Positions 28,899 through 37,269 of a DNA stretch of 64,000 nt are shown piece after piece. This DNA comes from an uncultured bacterium (GTDB lineage Bacteria > Omnitrophota > Omnitrophia > Omnitrophales > Abzuiibacteriaceae), in assembly GCA_964387845.1 (NCBI GenBank), contig CAYLXA010000001.1, forward strand, positions 320,001 through 384,000. The letters run 5' to 3'. The notes beneath the pieces are model-generated. The model was not told where the DNA came from. It worked only from the letters and a program-made list of their open reading frames with translations, and did not search any database. The translations under genes and the position numbers were made by a program. Positions within the stretch are counted from its first letter, which is position 1. The number at the start of each line of letters is the position of its first letter.

Positions 28899-30986
28899 TC
28901 AGCCCCAAGCCAAGCTGATTTCGCAGGAAATTAAATGCGCAATGTAATCGCCAAATTCGGCGTTGGAATTGGCAAGATAGTAATAAAGTCCGTATTTTGG
29001 CTCAACAGTTACTTTTTCATTCACATTCCATTTCAAGCCCGCTTCCAAATCCAGTTTCCGATAATCAGATCCGATCGGCAAGCCTCTGGCAGTAAAATCA
29101 TTAAAATTATCAGCACGGGCATATTGCACCGATTGAATAAACGAAACATTTTCTTTCGGCATGTAGCTCGTACTCAATGTCCACGTATCCACATTCGCGT
29201 TAAAACCCGGCAGGTTACCGCTTAATGCGCCGGCGGCCGGAGTATTGGTGTTTGACATAAGCTTTGAATAGGAGCCCAGAATCATTACATTTTCAACGGG
29301 TTGCGATGTAAAATCAAAAATAAAATTATTTGAGGTTGTTTCCGTATCAACGCCTGCTAAATTTTCAATGTTCGTCCTGTAATTTGTATCGCGCCCGATA
29401 AACCGAAAAGACGGCTGAAGATATTTGGTTAATGTCAATGCCAACCTCATCATGAATTCATTAATATAGGTGTGCTGGCTGTCAAAAAATGCAGATTTTG
29501 AAACTCCTGATGAAACAGTTTCGTAAATATCATCGTAATCCGTCATTTTAAGAGTCCTTCGAAAATGCGAAGTAATCCGCACAAATGAAAACGGCGCTGC
29601 GTGCCCGCCTAAAGTCATCACGCCACGCTGGATGTTTGTAATCGTTTCGCGAATAAAAACTTCACTTGCACTCGCCCCCGACTGTCCGCCAACGCTATCC
29701 CGATTTTCAGACATCGGTAACCGGTCTTGTTCTAATTCCAATTCTGTATAAATAGCCGTCCGCGGAATCGCCGTAAATCTGGCCGTAATCCCTTGTCCCC
29801 ACCTGAAACCGCTCATACGCGTATCGCTGACGTCAAATCGGTTAATGCGATTATCGGGCGGATCTGTGGTCTCAACGTTATAAGTAGACTCTCCGCGGCG
29901 ATTTAAAAATTCTGACTTAACCTTTGCGCCGATATTGAACCATTTTGTGACCAGGGCCATCATATTAGCAACCCAGGTGTTGGAATGAAAATGGTTGGTT
30001 GCGATATTGCCAAAACGGTTTTCAGCATTTGCAAATGAACGCGGATTACCATTTTCGTCAAACTCTCGGATATCTTCCCATTCTTTGTTATGGATTTGTG
30101 CATATCGATACCCAGCCGAAGTGTACACTTTGTCCTTTAAAAACCACTTCGCGATTCCAAATATTGAGCTGAAAGTGTGTGCTTCCGGCTTTTGCTGCTG
30201 CTTTCTAATTAATTTATTACCAGCCGTAGCATCAGAGTCAGCGCCAAAATATTTCTCGACGCGTGTGTTATCGGATTTCACAATTTCAAATTTTTGCTCG
30301 CTTTTAAGTTCATAACCTTTAACGGTATGGTCGACTTTCAAGCCAAACGTATCCGCCACTTCGCTCACATCCTGATAGGAAGGCGCTATTTTCCGCGTCA
30401 CACCGCTCTGAACCACGTCTCCCCATGTTAATCTGGATTTTGCACCATTTTTAAATTCGCGCTCATACCCAATCATTACTTTTGGAAAATCCGGTATATC
30501 CAGCTCCGCTTCAACGCCGAAATGGCCGATGTCCAGTTCTAAATCTTTAACCGCGTCGCCAACCCGGAGTGTGTAGTCGCCCCGCGTTAGATTAAACGGA
30601 TGATAAACACCGCCCGTCCGGTCATAATATTTCCGGAACTCTTGGTAATCAAATTTGATTTGTCCCACTTCTTTTTTCTTGATGATGACAACGCCTTCGT
30701 AATCATTGTCCGCGGGGATTGCCTTGCCTTCCATTTTTACCGTAATATCATTCGGAAGCCTGTAAAAAGAATAAAATTCCTCAACGCCTGCGGCGTAATT
30801 GTTGCTCTTCCAATGATGCGCTCTGAATTTATCGGCTTCCCCGTCCACAAAAATATAACGGACCGGAAGAGGTGTGATATCAAGATGATTTTCTGAATTA
30901 TTTTCCGAAGCTGCGTATAGAGATTGAGTGACGGCCAAAGAGACATACGCTAAAACGAATATTAACTTCCAATATGAGCGTCTCAT
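28899..30986 (-). CDS. Outer-membrane beta-barrel protein (~695 aa) with a signal peptide; candidate porin component of a porin–cytochrome complex.
   Basis: MRRSYWKLIFVLAYVSLAVTQSLYA signal peptide, Y/G/T-rich amphipathic beta-strand pattern throughout. The start was chosen at the Met 58 codons into the track ORF. It has a consensus AGGAGG SD and begins 11 nt after the upstream cytochrome stop. Confidence 0.55.
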   Translation of the reverse strand: MRRSYWKLIFVLAYVSLAVTQSLYAASENNSENHLDITPLPVRYIFVDGEADKFRAHHWKSNNYAAGVEEFYSFYRLPNDITVKMEGKAIPADNDYEGVVIIKKKEVGQIKFDYQEFRKYYDRTGGVYHPFNLTRGDYTLRVGDAVKDLELDIGHFGVEAELDIPDFPKVMIGYEREFKNGAKSRLTWGDVVQSGVTRKIAPSYQDVSEVADTFGLKVDHTVKGYELKSEQKFEIVKSDNTRVEKYFGADSDATAGNKLIRKQQQKPEAHTFSSIFGIAKWFLKDKVYTSAGYRYAQIHNKEWEDIREFDENGNPRSFANAENRFGNIATNHFHSNTWVANMMALVTKWFNIGAKVKSEFLNRRGESTYNVETTDPPDNRINRFDVSDTRMSGFRWGQGITARFTAIPRTAIYTELELEQDRLPMSENRDSVGGQSGASASEVFIRETITNIQRGVMTLGGHAAPFSFVRITSHFRRTLKMTDYDDIYETVSSGVSKSAFFDSQHTYINEFMMRLALTLTKYLQPSFRFIGRDTNYRTNIENLAGVDTETTSNNFIFDFTSQPVENVMILGSYSKLMSNTNTPAAGALSGNLPGFNANVDTWTLSTSYMPKENVSFIQSVQYARADNFNDFTARGLPIGSDYRKLDLEAGLKWNVNEKVTVEPKYGLYYYLANSNAEFGDYIAHLISCEISLAWG

Positions 30987-30996
30987 GACGGCCTCC

Positions 30997-31779
30997 TTAA
31001 TATCGAAGATGATCGTCAAAATTGGAACCATGAACCGCCGTGTGGCACTTCGCGCTGAAGCAAGTGCCTTGCGCAAGGCGCGTAGCATGATTAGAACTTC
31101 CGATGAACGGAAAATTATCTTGTGTATGACAACGTAAACATAAATTACTGTCGCGGGCAATCAGCATTTTGTCAGTAATCGAGCCATGAACTTGATGACA
31201 TGTCGTGCAGCCTTCGCGCAGCGCTTCATGCTCCCACACAAACGGGCCGCGTTGTTCTTTATGACATTTAAAGCATGCTTCGTTGACATCTTCCATGGTT
31301 GTGGATGACCATGGCCTGACTTCCGGTCCGTGCGGACTATGGCAGTCCGAACAACTCATCTTTCCTTCGAGCACGGGATGGTGGTGCGGAAGATTAAATT
31401 CTACTTTTTTATCGGTATGACACGCAAAACAGACGGACGGATCTTTTCTGGGATTAATGATTTTCTTATCTTGGCTGGATTCTTTTAACTTATCATCCAT
31501 ATCGACATGTAGACTTCCGGGGCCATGACAAAGCTCGCAGCCTTGTACCGCCATATCTTTTCCGGGAATGCTGATACGGGAATGGGTCGAAAGTTCAAAC
31601 TCTTTGACTTCTTTTTCATGGCAAGCGGCGCAAGTATCCATACCGACATACTCCGCGCCTTCTATGTTATGAACTTCGAGAACTTTTTGGAGGGCTTCTT
31701 CGTCGTATTTGCAAGAAGTGACACTGAGAACGAGGGATAATACCGCAAAACTAACAAAAATGCTGGCTTTTTGATTCAT
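30997..31779 (-). CDS. Octaheme c-type cytochrome lipoprotein (seven CXXCH plus one CX4CH).
   Basis: Lipobox LSVTSC. Motifs: CAACH, CELCH, CFACH, CSDCH, CFKCH, CTTCH, CLRCH, CFSAKCH. Confidence 0.8.
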   Translation of the reverse strand: MNQKASIFVSFAVLSLVLSVTSCKYDEEALQKVLEVHNIEGAEYVGMDTCAACHEKEVKEFELSTHSRISIPGKDMAVQGCELCHGPGSLHVDMDDKLKESSQDKKIINPRKDPSVCFACHTDKKVEFNLPHHHPVLEGKMSCSDCHSPHGPEVRPWSSTTMEDVNEACFKCHKEQRGPFVWEHEALREGCTTCHQVHGSITDKMLIARDSNLCLRCHTQDNFPFIGSSNHATRLAQGTCFSAKCHTAVHGSNFDDHLRY

Positions 31780-31912
31780 GCTAGCGGTTTATGATTTGTG
31801 TTTGCGTACGAATTATATTGTTTTATTAAGAAATGACAATCGCTTTTATGGCAGTGAAATTATCGACATTTCCTGAAAAACTTTATGTGACATCTGTCAC
31901 TTAAATTGACGT

Positions 31913-33403
31913 TTATGCAGGGCCGCCGGTATGGCAATCCATGCACGATATTTCTTTCCATGATTCTTGATCGCCGTCGGGATGCTTAAATTCCAGCCCA
32001 TCTACCGAACTTTCCATAGCGCCAAATGGACCTTGAGCAATAATCCCGTGGCAAATTTTGCAATCATTTGAAATGATTTTACCCTGCGGGCTTTCATGCT
32101 TGCCGTCATGGCAACGGAAACAACCTGGCGCCATCATGTGCCCGATATTGTCCGGATACGCTTTCCAAGACACATTCATACCCGGGAAAAAGTTGGATTG
32201 ATAAATTTCAACAATGGCTTGAATAGAACGGTCTAACTTGTTTTTCTGATTCTGGAAAACTTCCGGATAATTATCCTCGTAAAATTTTTCCAACCGCGAC
32301 CGAATCTGAGCAGCCGCATCATCATGAGACTCGTATTTGCCGACCAAAACCTTGACGGCTTCGCGTTTCATATAAGGGAGCTCGGCGGCAATATCGCCTT
32401 TTCCCATTGCTTTATTGACAGACCTGGAAGGCGCTTCATATTGATGGCTGGGCCGATTGTGGCAATCGATGCAGTCCATTTTTCGGATTTCGCCTTGCGG
32501 CGGTTTGCTAGCAGAAAATTTTGACTCACTGTCTACAAAATATTCTTCGCGGCCATCCTCATAAACCACTTTGACCCATGGAATTATTTGACGTTTTTCG
32601 TCAGTTGAAACATAGTAAACTTTGTTCGCAGGGTTCACATGCCAATGGCTTCCATGCGCCTTTTCCCCGCCGCCCACATACATCAGCATGCGGGTGTTCC
32701 AAAGTGTGTTACTTTCGTCTGACATGAAATATTGATGATCCTTCTCAATGGCTCCAAAAAACTTCTCGGGCCAATGACAATGTTCGCATGTTTCTTGAGC
32801 GGGCCGTAAATTCTTGACCGGCGCCGGAATGGGTTTGGAATATTTCTTGAAAATAGATGAATAAATTTGATGGGCGCCGTTAATTTTAGACTTCAAATAA
32901 TAATCAGGCCCTGGGCCGACATGGCATTCAACGCAGGAAACGCGGGCATGCGGCGATTTGTGATACGCGGTAAATTCCGGATGCATGACTTGATGGCAGG
33001 TTTTTCCGCAAAATGTCACGGATTCCGAAAATTGATAAGCCTTGTAAGTTCCAAACATAGAAAAAATCAAGAAAACCGTGAAAAACCCAATGCCGATTAA
33101 CGCCCAGCGTTGATGGGCCGGATTATTAAAATCAATCTGCGGAAACTTGCGGACATAACCTCTTTTCCGGCGCGCCGAACGTTCCCGCCAAGCGCCAAAA
33201 AAAATTAAAAAAAGAGTGAGTATAAGGAAGGCCGGAAGCCCGACATAAGTGATGGATTGCGTGTAGGGATTAATTTCTTTTGAAAGGAATTCGAGGACAA
33301 TTAAAACTAAGATAGCAGAGAAAATGACAATGGAAAGAATTGCGCCGATAATGCTGAGCCAATTTTGAAAAAGGCTTTTGTTTGAATTTGGCAATTCAGA
33401 CAT
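31913..33403 (-). CDS. NapC/NirT-family inner-membrane multiheme cytochrome c (seven haems, ImcH-like quinol dehydrogenase candidate).
   Basis: Three N-terminal TM helices. Motifs: CGKTCH (CX3CH), CVECH, CEHCH, CIDCH, CFRCH, CKICH, CMDCH. Confidence 0.7.
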   Translation of the reverse strand: MSELPNSNKSLFQNWLSIIGAILSIVIFSAILVLIVLEFLSKEINPYTQSITYVGLPAFLILTLFLIFFGAWRERSARRKRGYVRKFPQIDFNNPAHQRWALIGIGFFTVFLIFSMFGTYKAYQFSESVTFCGKTCHQVMHPEFTAYHKSPHARVSCVECHVGPGPDYYLKSKINGAHQIYSSIFKKYSKPIPAPVKNLRPAQETCEHCHWPEKFFGAIEKDHQYFMSDESNTLWNTRMLMYVGGGEKAHGSHWHVNPANKVYYVSTDEKRQIIPWVKVVYEDGREEYFVDSESKFSASKPPQGEIRKMDCIDCHNRPSHQYEAPSRSVNKAMGKGDIAAELPYMKREAVKVLVGKYESHDDAAAQIRSRLEKFYEDNYPEVFQNQKNKLDRSIQAIVEIYQSNFFPGMNVSWKAYPDNIGHMMAPGCFRCHDGKHESPQGKIISNDCKICHGIIAQGPFGAMESSVDGLEFKHPDGDQESWKEISCMDCHTGGPA

Positions 33404-33440
33404 TTTTTACTTTTTTCCCGTATCGATACAGTGCCGACTG

Positions 33441-34004
33441 TTACGATTTCGGTTTTGGATGTGCAATCTTTGCTTGGCGCTCTTTGTAATCAAACGGCTT
33501 GTAGGTCGGGCTTTCCTGATTATGGCACTTCACGCACGTACTTTCATCCGGTAACAACAAACCATTTTCAATCGATGCCTGGCGGTCTTCCATAACACTT
33601 TTCTTCATATAATCCTTACCGGGCCCGTGACAGCTTTCGCAGGAAACACCTTCCTCTACCGGAATCGCATCAGAAACTTTTGTTTCGCCAAACCAATAAG
33701 CCGTTGAGTGGCATTTTAAACACTTGCCGCTGGTTTGAGGATCGCTAATACCTAATTTGGCAGCCGCTTCTTTCGCGGCGGGTGTGCCGAGTGTTTCAAA
33801 TGCTTTAGCATGCATGGATTCCTGCCAAATCCGGAATTGCTCACCTTCTTCCGGTTTTTTGTGGCACAGGGAACATTTTTTGGCTCCGATAAATTCATGT
33901 GCAGGCGCTGCTGCAAAAACAGGTTGATGGCTGAGAAAAAATACGGAAATAACAGCTAGGAAATATTTGAGAAAAATACCGGAATGAAACGAGTGCTTTG
34001 ACAT
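33441..34004 (-). CDS. Periplasmic tetraheme cytochrome c.
   Basis: Signal peptide (FLAVISVFFLSHQPVFAAA), then CSLCH, CLKCH, CESCH, CVKCH. The start was placed at the internal Met (MSKHSF) by codon arithmetic; the track ORF extends to 34076. Confidence 0.7.
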   Translation of the reverse strand: MSKHSFHSGIFLKYFLAVISVFFLSHQPVFAAAPAHEFIGAKKCSLCHKKPEEGEQFRIWQESMHAKAFETLGTPAAKEAAAKLGISDPQTSGKCLKCHSTAYWFGETKVSDAIPVEEGVSCESCHGPGKDYMKKSVMEDRQASIENGLLLPDESTCVKCHNQESPTYKPFDYKERQAKIAHPKPKS

Positions 34005-34277
34005 ATTTTGGTGGCTCCTGTTTAGCTTCCTACTTTGCACTCTTATATACGAAATGCCCGCTCGTGCATGTGACATTCATCACTGCCCCAGCGTAACTTT
34101 AAAACAAAAATCACACTCTAATTAGAACGCTGGGACTGGACTCATTTCCTCTAGACTCACGCTTTTCTCAATGAAAATGAGTCCTGCACGAATTTTATCA
34201 ATAAATGAAGATAGAAAGCAATTGCCAATAATTCTCACAAATTATCGTAATTTGCCGTCAATTTATGAAGAAAATAA

Positions 34278-34305
34278 TTGACCCATATCAGCGAAGTGCT
34301 AGAGT
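34278..34305 (+). promoter_or_regulatory. Candidate sigma70-type promoter (TTGACC, 16 nt spacer, TAGAGT) for the small Cys-rich protein gene. GGAGG SD at ~34320.
   Basis: Hexamers read directly. It lies in the AT-rich divergent region between the cytochrome operon and 34332. Confidence 0.35.
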
Positions 34306-34331
34306 AAACAAAAAGTTGAGGAGGTGCTCAC

Positions 34332-34658
34332 ATGCAAAGCGTGTTACTATTAATTGCTCTCGGTTTTGGCTTTAAAATATTCGCGGAAGCCAGTGAAAAG
34401 CAGAAAAAACCCATTAAACAGCTCGGCCGGTTGGTCGGTATTATCATCATGATTGTCAGCCTTTGCGGCGTTTTGTGCAGCATTTTCGCCTGCATGAAAG
34501 GCAGCCCCTGTGGTCCGGCGACGGCCGGCTATTGCCCTACTCATGGATCCGAAAAAGGAATGATGGGTTTCGGCCATTACGGGATGAAAAAGGATAAGGC
34601 GATGTGCCCCTTGTTTGGTTCAGCCGATAAGAATGCTGTTTCCGACGAGGCAAAATAA
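34332..34658 (+). CDS. Small two-TM, cysteine-rich membrane protein (hypothetical).
   Basis: 108 aa. Two hydrophobic helices, then CMKGSPCGPATAGYCPTHGSEK…MCPLFG. Strong SD. Confidence 0.45.
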   Translation: MQSVLLLIALGFGFKIFAEASEKQKKPIKQLGRLVGIIIMIVSLCGVLCSIFACMKGSPCGPATAGYCPTHGSEKGMMGFGHYGMKKDKAMCPLFGSADKNAVSDEAK

Positions 34659-34707
34659 CCCCTTATTTGCACTCATAACCTGGCTCAATACTGTTTATTC
34701 ATTTATG

Positions 34708-34737
34708 TTGACATCTGCAAATGAATCAGTAGTATAT
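34708..34737 (+). promoter_or_regulatory. Candidate sigma70 promoter (TTGACA, 16–18 nt spacer, TAGTAT/GTATAT). It drives either a ~90 nt small RNA or the long cspA leader.
   Basis: Consensus -35 at 34708–34713, -10 at ~34730–34737. Confidence 0.45.
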
Positions 34738-34791
34738 GAGCCAAGTTAGTTAATTGAACGAAGCTCTAAGGCCGGATAAAGTAATGTTTTA

Positions 34792-34830
34792 GCCCGCAAG
34801 CGCAATTAATGGCTCTGCGGGTTTTTTTTT
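34792..34830 (+). terminator. Intrinsic-terminator-like hairpin plus a 9-T run inside the cspA upstream region (attenuator or sRNA terminator).
   Basis: agcccgcaagcgcaattaatggctctgcgggttttttttt. Confidence 0.55.
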
Positions 34831-34919
34831 CGCCAAAAATCGTGGCGAATCCGCCATGCAGTTTGGCGGAATTTTTGAAAGCCCCTGCTTCTTATCGAAA
34901 TTGAAAGGAAAAAAAGAAA

Positions 34920-35126
34920 ATGGCACAAGGTACAGTCAAGTGGTTCAATAACGAAAAAGGTTATGGATTTATTGCTCCTTCATCTGGCGGAAAAGATGTG
35001 TTTGTTCATCATACCGCAATTCAAGGCGATGGTTACAAGACTTTGAATGAAGGCGAGCAAGTAAACTTTGAAGTCGTTAGCGGACCCAAAGGCGACCAAG
35101 CGTCTAACGTTGTCAGACAGCGTTAA
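34920..35126 (+). CDS. cspA: Cold-shock protein (CspA family).
   Basis: [20 protein letters not shown]…VFVHHTAIQ; RNP1/RNP2 motifs, 68 aa. Confidence 0.9.
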   Translation: MAQGTVKWFNNEKGYGFIAPSSGGKDVFVHHTAIQGDGYKTLNEGEQVNFEVVSGPKGDQASNVVRQR

Positions 35127-35151
35127 TTCGTCGTCACAATCTAGTAACATA

Positions 35152-35190
35152 AAACCCCGTTCTCTTAATTGAGGACGGGGTTTTATTTTT
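35152..35190 (+). terminator. Rho-independent terminator after cspA (probably bidirectional; also at the 3' end of the minus-strand 35183.. gene).
   Basis: aaaaccccgttctcttaattgaggacggggttttattttt. Confidence 0.7.
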
Positions 35191-36730
35191 CTTCAAACGA
35201 AAAAACTGTAAAGGCAGAGAGCTTAACGGAAGGGCTTTTCCAGGTATCGGCCGGCAACCCCGCTTTTTCGGAACAAAGCAGGTTCATAAATTCTTCTTTA
35301 TTTCCGTTCACATGTTCCCACACCTGCGGTAAAAAAAGACCTTTATTTCCATCTTTCTCGACAATCACGCCGCTTTGATTTGGAATGATGTCTTCGTGGC
35401 TCTTGATTTCTCGGATCGGCGAAAGTACGGAAATTTCGAACTTCACTTTCGAAAGCTCGCTCAAAGAAAGCTTCGCAAACCGGGGGTCCTGCGTTGCGGC
35501 AGCAATCGCGTAATCACGGACAGCTTGCAAAAGCGGTTTATCGGCATCCACGGTTCCGATGCAGCCGCGGAGTTCCCCGTTTTCCATCAATGTCACAAAC
35601 ACGGCGGACGGGACGGCAAGTTCGCCTTTTAAGGTTTTTGCGTCGATTTTTGTTTTCTCGCCGGATTTTAAATATTGCTCAACCGCCGAACGTGCTTCGG
35701 CTAAAAGTTTCTTTTGGCTCTCCGGAGAAACCGCAAATGCTTCCTCCGTTTTCAAACTGTGAAACGTTTGCGGCGAATCTTTTGTAAACATAACAGCGCC
35801 ATATCCGACTGTTTTGAGCGGCGTTCCGTATGGGCTGTCGGCGGAAGTGGCGTGATTCAAAACCGTTCCGCGCTTTGCGCCTAACTTGCGTGCCGCAGCC
35901 ATCACAGCAATCGTGGCGCCTTCGCCGCACAGTGTGACGTGAAGCTCCGGAATTTTCTTCGCCAAAATTTCTTCCGTTTTCTGCAAAAGCGCCTGCGCGT
36001 TCATGTCTTCGATGGTTTTTAGGATCAAAAGATCGGATTCATTGGCGTTTTTTGCGTGCGGATAATGCGCCATGTCGGTCGAGCCGATTAAAATCGTACG
36101 GATGCCTTCCGATTCATTTTCTTTGATAACATCAGCAATCACTTCTCCGATCCGTTCGGCCGTCGCCAAATCCGGATTGCCCATCACGATCGGGACAATT
36201 TTGAAATTTTGAAGGGTTTGCTGCAGAAACGGGATTTGTGTTTCGAGTGAATGTTCACCGCCATGCGCTTCCGGGTTGGCCTCCAAATCTTTTGAGCAGC
36301 TCAGAAGCTTCTGTGCCGTTTTTTCATCGACCGGAACATCGCCAAGCGGGCTTCTGAACGCGCCCTTCGGATACACCGCGCCGCCTTCAAGCGGATAAGA
36401 ATGCGCAAGCCCGAGCAAAATAACGGTATCAATTTTTCGGCCTTCGATTTGTTTATACACATGCGCCGCAACGGGGCCGGAAAACACGAAACCGGCATGC
36501 GGTGCGAGAAACGCGACAGATTTACCTTGCGTGTCAACTTTTCGGGCAGCATCCAGAAGAACCTTGATCATTCTCTGAAGCTCTTCCGGCTCAGCGGGAT
36601 AAAACTGATCGGCAACGGCGGGTTCTCGGATCATGTTGGCATTTTCCATGGCGTAAGCACTCGGGGAAATAAAACTCAAACAAACTGCTAAAATAAAAAA
36701 GCAAACACTTTCATTTCGAAAGTGCTTCAT
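35183..36730 (-). CDS. Fused AmmeMemoRadiSam system protein B (MEMO1-like) + protein A (AMMECR1 domain), with an N-terminal signal peptide.
   Basis: The N-terminal half has MEMO-like blocks (DQFYPAEPEEL…, FLAPHAGFVFSGPVAAHVY). The C-terminal half has the AMMECR1 LRGCIG motif (GELRGCIGTV). The signal peptide is VCFFILAVCLSFISPSAYA. The start was placed at MKHFR. No adjacent radical SAM gene. Confidence 0.6.
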   Translation of the reverse strand: MKHFRNESVCFFILAVCLSFISPSAYAMENANMIREPAVADQFYPAEPEELQRMIKVLLDAARKVDTQGKSVAFLAPHAGFVFSGPVAAHVYKQIEGRKIDTVILLGLAHSYPLEGGAVYPKGAFRSPLGDVPVDEKTAQKLLSCSKDLEANPEAHGGEHSLETQIPFLQQTLQNFKIVPIVMGNPDLATAERIGEVIADVIKENESEGIRTILIGSTDMAHYPHAKNANESDLLILKTIEDMNAQALLQKTEEILAKKIPELHVTLCGEGATIAVMAAARKLGAKRGTVLNHATSADSPYGTPLKTVGYGAVMFTKDSPQTFHSLKTEEAFAVSPESQKKLLAEARSAVEQYLKSGEKTKIDAKTLKGELAVPSAVFVTLMENGELRGCIGTVDADKPLLQAVRDYAIAAATQDPRFAKLSLSELSKVKFEISVLSPIREIKSHEDIIPNQSGVIVEKDGNKGLFLPQVWEHVNGNKEEFMNLLCSEKAGLPADTWKSPSVKLSAFTVFSFEEK

Positions 36731-37259
36731 TCTTCTTATCAGACGCTTTGCCCGGCTCTTCCGATTGCATCCAATGCTTAATCGTATCCGGCATCGGCGG
36801 CGATTCCTGCCAACTGCCGAGAAGCGCCAGGACTTGAGGTGTCGGCACATTCCCTTTCGGGCTTCTGAAAAGGCCCTTTACATACCCAACGGCCATGCAT
36901 TTTCCGTCGTGAATGAATGACTGCTTGATGAAAATCCATTTGTGGTCCCAGCAGATTACGCGGCTCACAAGCTGATAGCGCTGAAATAATTTTAAGGAAC
37001 GCTTGTAACGAACGTTGACGGATGCCACAAGCGGCGCCAGATGATTTTTCCGGCAGATTTCGCCGAAACCCATGCGAAGAATAATATCGTAACGGCCCAA
37101 ATCCATCACCGTCAAATAGCGGCCGTTGTTCATGTGGAAATAAATATCGAGATCGTTTGGGAAAACCCAAAGCGTTAAAACAGACGGATCGGATACTTTG
37201 AGAGGCTTTCTGAAAAATGAGGCGATTTTAACAAGCAGAATCCGGAAGAGTAGATTCAT
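36711..37259 (-). CDS. Hotdog-fold thioesterase-like protein.
   Basis: 182 aa with a 4HBT-like pattern (YFHMNNGRYLTVMDLGRYD…). Tentative. Confidence 0.4.
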   Translation of the reverse strand: MNLLFRILLVKIASFFRKPLKVSDPSVLTLWVFPNDLDIYFHMNNGRYLTVMDLGRYDIILRMGFGEICRKNHLAPLVASVNVRYKRSLKLFQRYQLVSRVICWDHKWIFIKQSFIHDGKCMAVGYVKGLFRSPKGNVPTPQVLALLGSWQESPPMPDTIKHWMQSEEPGKASDKKNEALSK

Positions 37260-37269
37260 TGCACGGGCA

